Both the position numbers and the translations under genes were made by a program. The notes beneath the pieces are model-generated. The model was given only the letters and a program-made list of their open reading frames with translations. It ran no database searches and had not been told where the DNA came from. From contig CAZODI010000012.1 of NCBI GenBank assembly GCA_964578535.1, positions 20,183-84,182 of the forward strand: a DNA stretch of 64,000 nt. The letters are read 5' to 3'. The stretch is from an uncultured Syntrophaceae bacterium (GTDB lineage: Bacteria > Desulfobacterota > Syntrophia > Syntrophales > PHBD01). Positions 40,872-51,306 of this stretch are shown here, one piece after another (position 1 is the stretch's first letter; every line of letters starts with the position of its first letter).

Positions 40872-42431
40872 GTGAGCACCCATAGTTTCGAAGAACTGGC
40901 GGCCCTCCATGCCATCGCCAAGATCCTGGCCCAGCCCTGGGAGTTGCGGGACCAGCTCGAGCGCGTCCTCAACGAAATGCATGTCCGGCTGGGGATGGAG
41001 CGCGGCATGATCTCGCTCCTCGATCGGGATACCGGCGAGGCGTGGCTGGATGTCGCCCATGGCGTCAATCTCGACGGCCTGGAGATCACCTACCGGATGG
41101 GGGAGGGGATCACCGGCAAGGTGGCCCAGACGGGCCGTCCCATGGCAATCCCCAACCTGGGCAAGGAGGCCCTGTTCCTGGACCGGACGGGAGCCCGGCG
41201 ATACCTGAACCGGGAAGAACTGGCGTTTCTGTGCGTCCCGATCATGTACGACAACCGGGTCGTAGGCATCCTGTCGGCCGACAAGGGCGCCGGCTCCGTG
41301 ATCGACCTCGATCTCGAGCTTACCATGCTCACCGCCGTCGCGGAACTGATCGCCAAGGCGGTGCACATCCTGGCGCTGGAAGAGGAGAACCGGCGGCTCC
41401 GCCGGATCATCAATCAGGGACGGTCGCCGTCCGTCGATTTTATAGGACATTCCAAGGGGATGCAGGAAGTCTTCGGGCTCGTCAGCCATGTGGCCGACTC
41501 GGGCACAACGGTCCTGATCCTGGGGGAGACGGGAACCGGGAAGGAGCTGGTGGCCCGGGCGATCCACATGAACAGTCCCCACGGCAAGGGCCCCCTGGTC
41601 CAGGTGAACTGCGCCGCGATTCCCGACACCCTCATGGAAAGCGAGCTGTTCGGTCATGAAAAGGGTGCCTTCACGGGGGCGCTTCGCCAGCGTCGGGGCC
41701 GCTTCGAGGAGGCCAACAACGGCACGATTTTCCTGGACGAGGTATCGGAGCTGTCCGCCGCCGCCCAGGCCAAGCTGCTCCGCGTTCTCCAGGAAAAGCA
41801 GTTCCAGCCGCTGGGCTCGTCCCGGCTGGTTCACACGAACGCCAGGGTTGTCGCGGCCACGAACCGCCGCCTGGAGGAATGCATCGCCACCGGCCAGTTC
41901 CGGTCCGACCTGTATTATCGCCTGAGCGTCTTCCCCATCCATCTGCCACCGCTTCGCGAGCGGGGCAACGACATCATTCTCCTGGCCGACCATTTCGTAC
42001 TCAAGTATTCGCACGAACTGGGAAAACCGGTCAAACGGATCTCCACGGCCGTGGTCGAGGCCTTCCTGAGCCACACCTGGCCGGGCAATGTCCGCGAACT
42101 GGAAAACTGCATCGAGCGGGCCGTCCTGCTCGCGGAGGGGGATTCCATTGAAATCGTGCATCTTCCCCCTTCCCTGCAGATCAAGACCCGGACCTGTGAA
42201 AAGAAGGACTCGGGACGGCTCAGCTCCGTCGTCGAGGCCCAGGAACGGACGCTGATCATCGACGCCCTGAAGGAGACCCGGGGCAACCAGAGCCAGGCAG
42301 CGCGGCTCCTGGGAACGACGAAGCGGATCATCCAGTACAAGATCCAGAAGCTGGGCATCGACCCCCGGAAATACCGGCAGAAGGGGCGCGGACCGGACCG
42401 CCCGGGTCAGGACGTCCAGGAGGTGGCGTGA
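40872..42431 (+). CDS. GAF-domain sigma-54-dependent transcriptional activator (NifA-like architecture)
   Basis: 519 aa from GTG 40872 (RBS GGAGGA). N-terminal GAF-like domain, AAA+ core with Walker A GETGTGKE and ESELFGHEKGAFTGA, and a C-terminal Fis-type HTH QSQAARLLGTTKRIIQYKIQKLGI. There is no receiver domain. Confidence 0.9.
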   Translation: MSTHSFEELAALHAIAKILAQPWELRDQLERVLNEMHVRLGMERGMISLLDRDTGEAWLDVAHGVNLDGLEITYRMGEGITGKVAQTGRPMAIPNLGKEALFLDRTGARRYLNREELAFLCVPIMYDNRVVGILSADKGAGSVIDLDLELTMLTAVAELIAKAVHILALEEENRRLRRIINQGRSPSVDFIGHSKGMQEVFGLVSHVADSGTTVLILGETGTGKELVARAIHMNSPHGKGPLVQVNCAAIPDTLMESELFGHEKGAFTGALRQRRGRFEEANNGTIFLDEVSELSAAAQAKLLRVLQEKQFQPLGSSRLVHTNARVVAATNRRLEECIATGQFRSDLYYRLSVFPIHLPPLRERGNDIILLADHFVLKYSHELGKPVKRISTAVVEAFLSHTWPGNVRELENCIERAVLLAEGDSIEIVHLPPSLQIKTRTCEKKDSGRLSSVVEAQERTLIIDALKETRGNQSQAARLLGTTKRIIQYKIQKLGIDPRKYRQKGRGPDRPGQDVQEVA

Positions 42432-42456
42432 CGGATGTCCGGCGGGATCGGAAACA

Positions 42457-42500
42457 ACAATTTTGTATTTTCAGGCACACAGAAAAGACATTTTTGTGCC
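42457..42500 (+). promoter_or_regulatory. candidate upstream activator sequence for the glt-glnN operon
   Basis: ACAA-TT-TTGT (42457-42466), TGT-N10-ACA (42464-42479, NifA-UAS-like), and the inverted repeat GGCACA-N15-TGTGCC (42474-42500). It is centred about 90-110 nt upstream of the sigma-54 promoter. Confidence 0.4.
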
Positions 42501-42575
42501 AGGACGCGCAAAGCCCGCAATGGTCCGTCTGCGGCGAATCCCATGTCCGCGCATGTCTTCATCCGCCGGCCATGG

Positions 42576-42590
42576 TGGCACATTTTTCGC
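42576..42590 (+). promoter_or_regulatory. sigma-54 promoter of the glutamate synthase/GS operon
   Basis: TGGCAC-ATTTT-TCGC. GG-N10-GC spacing is correct, with one mismatch to TTGC in the -12 box. It lies 59 nt upstream of ATG 42649. Confidence 0.65.
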
Positions 42591-42648
42591 TTTTAAGCAG
42601 GGACTGTTTGACGCCCTGCGGCGTGAATCGTTTTTGAAAGGATTTGTC

Positions 42649-43764
42649 ATGTGCCGTCTGTTTGCCATCACCAGCCGGGAGCCCCTCTCCCCCATGACGG
42701 CCGTCCATGCCCTGAACGTCATGAAGGAAGGGCACGACGGCTCCGGAATGGGCCTGTTCCTGACGGACCTCGGGGGCAGCTTCGAGCGTTTCCGCGGCTC
42801 TCCCATTCTCTCAGGCATCTTCTCCAATGAAGGGCTCCGGACCCTGGATCGGTACCTGATGGACCTGGACTTCACCGTCAAGTACAAGCTCTCCATCCGG
42901 CCGGCCCAGATTCCGCCGAACGGAACACCGAAAAGGGACAATTATGTCATTCGCGCCTACGACTACCCGCCGGACTGGCTCACCCTGTCCCAGGAGGAGA
43001 GAGAGCACCGCCTGATGCTCACGCGTCTGCGTCTCCGCCAGATGGGCGAGGCCGACGGGTCCATGCTGATCTTCAGCTTCTGGCCGGACGTGATCATGCT
43101 CAAGGAGGTCGGGGATCCGATGGAGCTGGCGGATTACCTGGGCCTCGACCACGAGGAGCTTCAGGCGCGGGTCATCCTTGCGCAGGGGCGGCAGAATACG
43201 AATTACGCCATCAACATCTACGCCTGCCATCCCTTCTTCATCCAGGGCTACGCGACGATGACCAACGGCGAGAACACCGCCTTCGTCCCCATCCGAGAGT
43301 TCCTGACCTCGCGGGATTACGCCGGATACACGGGATACCAGTCGGACTCGGAGGTCTTCACCCATATCCTTCATTACACCCAGAAGCATCTCCATCTCGG
43401 CCTCGATCTGTACAAGCACATCATCACCCCCCTGAAGGACGAGGAACTGGGGCGCCACCCGAACGGCACAAAATTGAAACAGATCAAGCAGGCCTGCCGT
43501 CCCCTCATCATCGACGGCCCCAATTGCGTGATCGGCTGCCTGCCCGACAAGACCGTCTTCATGGTCCAGGACAGCAAAAAGCTCCGTCCCGGCATCGTGG
43601 GCGGCAGTTCCGGCCTGTTCGCCTTCTCCTCGGAGGTGTGCGGACTCGACGCGGCGATCCCGGCACGGAACAAGAGCACCGACATTCAGCCCATGAAGTA
43701 CGACACGGTCATAATCCCGCCCGGCCGGGAGGAGGTGATTCGATGGAATCAGTGGGAACGATAA
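42649..43764 (+). CDS. glutamate synthase glutamine-amidotransferase subunit (archaeal-type split GltB, class II GATase)
   Basis: 371 aa from ATG 42649. The N-terminal Met-Cys (MCRLFAI) fits an Ntn nucleophile. GHDGSGMG and an RQNTN...HPF-type class II GATase core. Confidence 0.85.
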   Translation: MCRLFAITSREPLSPMTAVHALNVMKEGHDGSGMGLFLTDLGGSFERFRGSPILSGIFSNEGLRTLDRYLMDLDFTVKYKLSIRPAQIPPNGTPKRDNYVIRAYDYPPDWLTLSQEEREHRLMLTRLRLRQMGEADGSMLIFSFWPDVIMLKEVGDPMELADYLGLDHEELQARVILAQGRQNTNYAINIYACHPFFIQGYATMTNGENTAFVPIREFLTSRDYAGYTGYQSDSEVFTHILHYTQKHLHLGLDLYKHIITPLKDEELGRHPNGTKLKQIKQACRPLIIDGPNCVIGCLPDKTVFMVQDSKKLRPGIVGGSSGLFAFSSEVCGLDAAIPARNKSTDIQPMKYDTVIIPPGREEVIRWNQWER

Positions 43765-45377
43765 CGCCTTCCACCTTGAGCCGGACCGACCTGCCCTGGC
43801 AGATCGACTGGAGTAAGGAGCGGTGCACGCTCTGCGGGCGGTGTACGGCCGTCTGTCCCGTCCGGGCCATCGAGCTGGGAGTGCACCGGAAGCGGGTTGT
43901 CCAGGTCGGCATGGGGCTGGCGGAGAAACCGGGGAACGTGTTCAGCGTCTATCACGGCGTCCGCCAGAAGACCGATCCGGCCTTCGCCTGCATCGGCTGC
44001 GGCATGTGCGACCTGGTCTGCCCGAACGAGGCCATCCGTCCCGTCCGGGGCGATGAGCCCGACAAGCTCCGCTTCCACAACAACGCGGGCGGGGTCCCCC
44101 GCAGGCGCGGCGGACGCAGGAACGACCCCAGGAGCCTGCTCGACGAGATCAAGTTCATCCGCATTTCCATGCTCACGGACCCGGCATTGGACGCGGGACG
44201 CCACGACTTCGAGCTGCGCACCCTCCTGGGCAGGATCCTGCCGCCGGAGAGACTGGTCCGGACCATCCAGGAGAACGGCTGGATTCCCCCCGTGCGGGAG
44301 ATCTACCCCCTCATCATCGGCAGCATGTCCTTCGGGGCTCTCTCGCCGAACATGTGGGAGGGGCTCCAGATGGGGGTTGCCTACCTGAACGAGGAAAAGG
44401 GCATGCCCGTGCGCATCTGCACGGGTGAGGGAGGCTGCCCCCCGAGGCTCCTGCGCTCCCGGTTCCTGAAATATATCATCCTGCAGATCGCCAGCGGCTA
44501 CTTCGGGTGGGACGAGATCATCCACGCCCTGCCGCACATGAAGGAAGACCCCTGCGCCATCGAGATCAAGTACGGCCAGGGGGCGAAGCCCGGCGACGGC
44601 GGTCTCCTGATGTGGTACAAGGTGAACAGGCTGATCGCCGCGATCCGGGGTGTTCCGCCGGGCATCAGCCTTCCCAGCCCGCCGACCCACCAGACGAAGT
44701 ACTCCATCGAGGAGTCCGTGGCCAAGATGACCCAGTCCATGGCCATGGCCTGGGGATTCCGGGTCCCCGTCTATCCCAAGATCTCCGCCACGAGCACCAC
44801 CCTGGCCGTGCTGAACAACCTTACCCGCAATCCGTATGCGGCGGGTCTAGCCATCGACGGGGAGGACGGCGGGACCGGAGCCGCCTACAACGTGTCCATG
44901 AACACGATGGGCCACCCCATCGCCAGCAACATCCGGGACGCCTACATGAACCTGGTGAAAGTGGGAAAGCAGAACGAGATCCCGCTGTTCGCCGGCGGCG
45001 GCATCGGCAAGAACGGCAACCTCGCCGCCAACGCCGCCGCCCTGATCATGCTGGGGGCCAGCGGCGTCCAGATCGGCAAGTACATCATGCAGGCGGCGGC
45101 GGGATGCCTCGGCTCCGAGACGGACCGATGCAACATCTGCAACATCGGACTCTGCCCCAAGGGCATCACCTCCCAGGATCCGCGGCTGTACCGGCGACTG
45201 GATCCGGAGAAGGTCGCCCAGCGGGTGGTGGATACGTACCTGAGCTTTGACACGGAACTGAAGAAGATCGTGGCCCCCCTGGGCCGCTCGACGTCCCTGC
45301 CGATCGGCATGTCCGACGCCCTGGGCATCGCCGACGGCGCCGCCGCCGCACGGCTCAAAATCAGCCACGTTCTGTAG
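43743..45377 (+). CDS. glutamate synthase FMN/Fe-S central-domain subunit with N-terminal 2x[4Fe-4S] ferredoxin domain
   Basis: 544 aa from ATG 43743, overlapping the upstream gene by 22 nt. CTLCGRCTAVCP and CIGCGMCDLVCP, then the GltB domain-2 motifs IGSMSFGALS, IKYGQGAKPGDGG and IDGEDGGTGAA. Confidence 0.88.
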   Translation: MESVGTITPSTLSRTDLPWQIDWSKERCTLCGRCTAVCPVRAIELGVHRKRVVQVGMGLAEKPGNVFSVYHGVRQKTDPAFACIGCGMCDLVCPNEAIRPVRGDEPDKLRFHNNAGGVPRRRGGRRNDPRSLLDEIKFIRISMLTDPALDAGRHDFELRTLLGRILPPERLVRTIQENGWIPPVREIYPLIIGSMSFGALSPNMWEGLQMGVAYLNEEKGMPVRICTGEGGCPPRLLRSRFLKYIILQIASGYFGWDEIIHALPHMKEDPCAIEIKYGQGAKPGDGGLLMWYKVNRLIAAIRGVPPGISLPSPPTHQTKYSIEESVAKMTQSMAMAWGFRVPVYPKISATSTTLAVLNNLTRNPYAAGLAIDGEDGGTGAAYNVSMNTMGHPIASNIRDAYMNLVKVGKQNEIPLFAGGGIGKNGNLAANAAALIMLGASGVQIGKYIMQAAAGCLGSETDRCNICNIGLCPKGITSQDPRLYRRLDPEKVAQRVVDTYLSFDTELKKIVAPLGRSTSLPIGMSDALGIADGAAAARLKISHVL

Positions 45378-45401
45378 GAAACAGGAAGAAGGAGCATCTC
45401 C

Positions 45402-47735
45402 ATGCTGTACAAACCGACGATTGTCCTGCCCGGGGTCATTCAGGGCGTCCGCGTGGATTCCCGGGACCTGGAGGCAAACCTTCAGAAGGCCGTCCAGAAC
45501 GGGCACCGGTGCATCGAGATCCATGCCTACGGCCAGCACGGGATCGGCGGCCGCCTCTGGAGAGGCGGCGACGACGAGATCATGATCCGCGTTCTCGGCT
45601 CATCAGGCCAGCGCGTTGGGTCCATGGGCTTTCCCAACACGACGATCGACGTCTTCGGCCCCGCCTCCGACGATGTGGGCTGGCTGAACGCCGGGGCGAC
45701 CATCATTGTACGGGGCCATGCCACCAACGGGGTGGCCAATGCCATGGCCCAGGGGAAGATCTATGTCGCCGGTGACATCGGCGCCCGCGGCATGACCATG
45801 ACCAAGCACAACCCCCGATTTGCACCTCCCGAACTCTGGGTGTTGGGCAGCGCCGGCGACTCCTTCGCCGAGTTCATGGCCGGCGGGACCGCCGTGGTCT
45901 GCGGCCATGGGACGACCCGGATCGAGAACACGCTGGGTTACCGCCCCTGCGTCGGAATGGTGAGCGGCCGGATCTTCTTCCGCGGACCCCACCGGGGGTA
46001 CAGCGAGCAGGACGCCCGGCTGACCGATCCCGACGACGAGGATTGGCAGTGGCTGCTGGACAACCTTCTTGACTTTCTCAAGACGATCGGCCGGACGGAG
46101 CTTTACCCGGTCCTGGTATCGGACCGCTCGGAGTGGCACCTCCTGGTGGCCCGCAAGCCTTTTGAAAAGACGGGAACGCCGGTCCGGACCATGGCGCAGT
46201 TTGTCCGGGAAACCTGGGACGGGGAGCTGGGAGCAGGCGGCCTGATCGGCGACCTGACGGACCTCCCGCGTTCGGCCATCGACGTCGTACCCACCGGCGA
46301 CCTCCGCCGCTGGATTCCCCGCTGGGAAAACGAAAAACATCTCCCCCCGTGCCAGGCATCCTGCCCGACGGGCATTCCCGTGCAGAAGCGGTGGACCCTG
46401 ATCCGGCAGGGCCGGATGGCGGAGGCGGTGGATCTGGCGCTGACCTGCACCCCCTTCCCGGCCACCGTCTGCGGATACCTGTGCCCCAACCTCTGCATGC
46501 AGGGATGTACGCGGCAGGCGGCCTCGCTGCCGGCCCTGGACGTTGCCCTCCTGGGCAGGGCCTCCCTGGAGGCGAAGACGCCCGATCCCGCTCCCGCGAC
46601 CGGAAAGAGCGTCGCCGTCATCGGCGGCGGTCCGGCGGGGCTCTCCGCGGCCTGGCAGCTCATGATGATGGGCCATTCGCCGGTCGTCTACGAGCGGGAG
46701 AAACGGCTGGGAGGCAAAATCACCGCCACGATTCCCAGGGCGCGGATCCCCGACGACGTGGTGGCCCGTGAAATTGAGCGGGTCCGGGAGCGGATCCCCG
46801 TGACATACCTGAAGAAATCCCTCACGAAAGAGGCGTTCCGGACCCTCAAGGGAAAGCATGACATCGTCGTCATCGCCCCGGGCGCCCAGAAGCCCCGGAA
46901 AATTCCCATTCCGGGCAAGGAGCGGGCGCTGGCCGCCCTGGACTTCCTGAGGGACAGCAAAGAAGACCGGGCCGCCGTGGGTGAGCGCGTGGTGATCATC
47001 GGCGCCGGCAACGTGGGCTGCGATGCCGCGGCGGAGGCCGCCCGGCTCGGAGCCCGGGAGATCACCCTGGTGGACATCCAGGAGCCCGCATCCTTCGGGG
47101 CGGAGCGCCGCCATGCCGAGGCCGCCGGGGCACGCTTTCTCTGGCCGCGGACGACCCGGTCCATCACCGACCGGGGCGTGGAGCTGGCCGACGGCGAAAT
47201 CCTGCCGGCGGATACGGTCATCATGGCCGTCGGCGACGCGCCGGACCTCGGATTCCTTCCCGAGGACATCGTCCTGGAGAGGGGTTTCGTCGCCGTCAAC
47301 GGGCAGTACCAGAGCTCCGATCCCCAGGTCTTCGCCATCGGCGACGCCGTCAGGCCGGGCCTCCTGACGGAGGCCATCGGGGCCGGTCGGATCGCCGCCC
47401 GGGCCATCGACGACCTGCTTCGGGGCCGGCAGGACACCTACGACAACCTGCCCGCCATTTCAACCTCGCGGGTGCACCTGGAATACTACGACCCGCGGAT
47501 CCCGACGACGGGAGACCTGGGCAGCTGTTCCACCGCATGTGCCTCCTGCGGCGCCTGCCGGGACTGCGGCCTCTGTGAGACCCTCTGCCCGGGCCAGGCG
47601 ATTTCAAGGCGGAGCCTCGGGGAAGACGCCTACGAATATATTGTGGACGGGGAACGCTGCATCGGATGCGGTTTCTGTGCCGACGCCTGCCCCTGCGGCA
47701 TCTGGGAGCTTGCAGAGAACGCCCCTATCGAATAA
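45402..47735 (+). CDS. fusion of GltB C-terminal GXGXG domain, GltD-like NAD(P)H/FAD oxidoreductase and C-terminal ferredoxin
   Basis: 777 aa. GXGXG repeats (HAYGQHGIGG, VRGHATNGVAN, VAGDIGARG). GltD-type Fe-S region CQASCPTG...CGYLCPNLCMQGC. Dinucleotide folds VAVIGGGPAGLSAA and VVIIGAGNVGCDAA. Terminal CASCGACRDCGLCETLCP and CIGCGFCADACPCG. Confidence 0.88.
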   Translation: MLYKPTIVLPGVIQGVRVDSRDLEANLQKAVQNGHRCIEIHAYGQHGIGGRLWRGGDDEIMIRVLGSSGQRVGSMGFPNTTIDVFGPASDDVGWLNAGATIIVRGHATNGVANAMAQGKIYVAGDIGARGMTMTKHNPRFAPPELWVLGSAGDSFAEFMAGGTAVVCGHGTTRIENTLGYRPCVGMVSGRIFFRGPHRGYSEQDARLTDPDDEDWQWLLDNLLDFLKTIGRTELYPVLVSDRSEWHLLVARKPFEKTGTPVRTMAQFVRETWDGELGAGGLIGDLTDLPRSAIDVVPTGDLRRWIPRWENEKHLPPCQASCPTGIPVQKRWTLIRQGRMAEAVDLALTCTPFPATVCGYLCPNLCMQGCTRQAASLPALDVALLGRASLEAKTPDPAPATGKSVAVIGGGPAGLSAAWQLMMMGHSPVVYEREKRLGGKITATIPRARIPDDVVAREIERVRERIPVTYLKKSLTKEAFRTLKGKHDIVVIAPGAQKPRKIPIPGKERALAALDFLRDSKEDRAAVGERVVIIGAGNVGCDAAAEAARLGAREITLVDIQEPASFGAERRHAEAAGARFLWPRTTRSITDRGVELADGEILPADTVIMAVGDAPDLGFLPEDIVLERGFVAVNGQYQSSDPQVFAIGDAVRPGLLTEAIGAGRIAARAIDDLLRGRQDTYDNLPAISTSRVHLEYYDPRIPTTGDLGSCSTACASCGACRDCGLCETLCPGQAISRRSLGEDAYEYIVDGERCIGCGFCADACPCGIWELAENAPIE

Positions 47736-47766
47736 TAACGATCATTAAGAGAGATATGGAGGATTT

Positions 47767-49944
47767 ATGAAAAAGACATGCCCGATCACCGCAGCCGAAA
47801 GGAGTTACCCGGTGGCGAAGGAAAAGTCCGGCCCCGTATCGGAATACTACGGCGAGGACACCTTCAACATCCGGGTCATGAAGGGCAAGCTGCCCGGAGA
47901 CGCCTATGACAAGATCATCGACGCCATCCACGAAAACACCATTCTCGACCTCGAGACGGCCAACACGGTTGCCCACGCCATGGCGAAGTGGGCCATCGAG
48001 AAGGGGGCGACCCATTTCGCCCACTGGTTCCAGCCCATGACGGGGATCACGGCGGAGAAGCACGACGCCTTCATCGATGTAACCGGGCCCAGTTCGGTCA
48101 TCGAGCGCTTTTCCGGCAAGCAGCTGGTCCAGGGGGAGCCGGACGCCTCGAGCTTCCCGAGCGGCGGCATCCGGGCAACCTTTGAAGCACGCGGCTACAC
48201 GGCCTGGGACATGTCCTCCCCCGCCTTCATCCGGCGGAACGGCATCTCGACGACCCTCTGCATCCCGACGGCCTTTATCTCCTATACCGGCCAGGCCCTC
48301 GACAAGAAAACCCCCCTCCTGCGGTCGAACCGGGCGGTCAGCAAAAGCGCCCTGAAGATCCTGGACCTCCTGGGCGGCAAAGGCGTGAGAGGCGTTTACG
48401 CCACCCTGGGTCCCGAGCAGGAGTACTTCCTGATCGACGCGGACTTTTTCTTCAAGCGCCCCGACCTGGTCATGGGAGGCCGGGCCGTCGTCGGCGCACC
48501 CCCGCCGAAGGGACAGGAGCTGGAAGACCAGTACTTCGGGAGCATCAAGGAGCGCATCGCCTCGTACATGCACGACATGGAGGAGGAGCTCTTCAAGCTG
48601 GGCGTTCCCGCCAAGACCCGGCACAACGAGGTGGCGCCCAGCCAGTTCGAGCTGGCCCCGGTCTTCGAGGAGGCCAACCTGGCGGTCGACCACAACCAGA
48701 TTGTCATGGACACGATGCAACTGGTTGCAAAGAAGCACCGCCTCGCCTGCCTGCTCCACGAAAAGCCCTTCGCGGGCATCAACGGCTCGGGCAAGCACCT
48801 GAACTGGTCGCTGTCGGACAACAAGGGGAACAACCTCCTGAATCCCGGACAGACGCCGCAGGACAACATCCAGTTCCTGGTCTTCCTGATCGCCGTCATC
48901 CGCGCCGTCTACAGGCACGCGGACATCCTGCGGGCCGCCGTGGGATCCTACGCCAACGACCACCGCCTGGGCGCCAACGAGGCACCGCCGGCCATCATTT
49001 CGATCTTCCTCGGCGACCAGCTCACGAAGATTCTCGAGGACATCGAGGCCGGCAAAGTGACGAAGGCCTCCGACAAGGAGATCATCAACCTCGGCATCGC
49101 CTCGCTGCCCATCGTGAGCAAGGACAACACCGACCGGAACCGGACGTCGCCCTTTGCGTTCACGGGAAACAAATTCGAATTCCGGGCCGTCGGTTCGGCC
49201 CAGTCGATTTCCTTCCCGGCCACGGTCCTCAACACGATCATCGCCGAAAGCCTCGATTACCTGGCAGACAAGATCAAGGCCGAGTGCGGAAAGAACGCCA
49301 ATATCAACCAGTGCGTCCTGGCGGTGATCCGCAGGGAAATGAAGGATCTCAAGCCGGTTCTCTTCAACGGCGACAACTACTCCCGGGCATGGGAAAAGGA
49401 AGCGGCAAAGCGGGGGCTTCCCAATTACAAGACCACGCCGGAGGCCCTGAAGGCCCTGATCACCCCGAAGTCTCTGGACCTCTTCGAAAAATACAGGGTT
49501 CTCTCCAGGGAGGAGCTCAAATCGCGCTATCTGATCCGCGTCGAGCGGTACATCAAGGATCTGAGCATCGAGGCAAAGTGCCTGCAGAACATCTGCCTGA
49601 GCCAGATCATCCCGGTGGCGACGTCCTATCAGAACCGGCTCTCGGAGACGATCCTCCATACGCGGGAGGCTCTCGGCAAGGGCGCCGGACTGGCGGCCCA
49701 GCAGGCGCTGTTGAAGCAGGTGACGGAGCTGGTGAACAAGGTCTACGCCACCAACCAGACCATTCTCGCGGAAATCGAGAAGGTGTCGGCCGTTCACGAT
49801 GAGCAGAAAAAGGCGGAGATGCTCTGCAACAAAGTCAAGACCCGGATGAACGAGCTGAGGGAATACACGGACGAACTGGAGGGCATCGTGGACGATGAGC
49901 TCTGGCCGCTGCCGAAGTTCTGGGAAATGCTCTTCATCATTTGA
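47767..49944 (+). CDS. glnN: type III glutamine synthetase
   Basis: 725 aa, the GSIII size class. N-terminal GSIII-specific domain (YYGEDTFN...THFAHWFQP) and a catalytic core including NGSGKHLNWS and RTSPFAFTGNKFEFRAVGS. It lies 31 nt after the preceding gene. Confidence 0.92.
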   Translation: MKKTCPITAAERSYPVAKEKSGPVSEYYGEDTFNIRVMKGKLPGDAYDKIIDAIHENTILDLETANTVAHAMAKWAIEKGATHFAHWFQPMTGITAEKHDAFIDVTGPSSVIERFSGKQLVQGEPDASSFPSGGIRATFEARGYTAWDMSSPAFIRRNGISTTLCIPTAFISYTGQALDKKTPLLRSNRAVSKSALKILDLLGGKGVRGVYATLGPEQEYFLIDADFFFKRPDLVMGGRAVVGAPPPKGQELEDQYFGSIKERIASYMHDMEEELFKLGVPAKTRHNEVAPSQFELAPVFEEANLAVDHNQIVMDTMQLVAKKHRLACLLHEKPFAGINGSGKHLNWSLSDNKGNNLLNPGQTPQDNIQFLVFLIAVIRAVYRHADILRAAVGSYANDHRLGANEAPPAIISIFLGDQLTKILEDIEAGKVTKASDKEIINLGIASLPIVSKDNTDRNRTSPFAFTGNKFEFRAVGSAQSISFPATVLNTIIAESLDYLADKIKAECGKNANINQCVLAVIRREMKDLKPVLFNGDNYSRAWEKEAAKRGLPNYKTTPEALKALITPKSLDLFEKYRVLSREELKSRYLIRVERYIKDLSIEAKCLQNICLSQIIPVATSYQNRLSETILHTREALGKGAGLAAQQALLKQVTELVNKVYATNQTILAEIEKVSAVHDEQKKAEMLCNKVKTRMNELREYTDELEGIVDDELWPLPKFWEMLFII

Positions 49945-50035
49945 CGGCCTCACGGTTGCATTCGTGCGCGGGATAGGATAAGGACGCCCGCGGGTTGTAA
50001 ATCGTGGACCATATGACCTGGGTCCCTGGCGAGGG

Positions 50036-50090
50036 GGCGGGAAACGCGAAAGCTGCGTCTGTGCATTCGCCTTCCCGCCTTCTGGTTTCT
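50036..50090 (+). terminator. possible terminator/structured element after glnN
   Basis: GGCGGGAA (50036-50043) pairs with TTCCCGCC (50072-50079) around a 28-nt loop that holds an inner ACGC/GCGT stem, followed by TTCTGGTTTCT. The long loop makes this weak. Confidence 0.3.
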
Positions 50091-50160
50091 CGCGGGCAAC
50101 CGGAAGACGGATCGGAAATCCGGAGCCCGCATCCTGTTTCTTGACGGTTGAGGTATGTTC

Positions 50161-51302
<1,142 letters not shown>

Positions 51303-51306
<4 letters not shown>

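Noticed and set aside
42495-42509. The minus strand of the glt UAS right arm reads TGGCAC-AAAAA-TGTC, which could be a divergent sigma-54 promoter.
   Set aside because: GG-N10 is followed by TC, not GC. No minus-strand gene lies downstream, because the activator gene there is on the plus strand. It is better interpreted as an EBP half-site that happens to resemble the -24 box.
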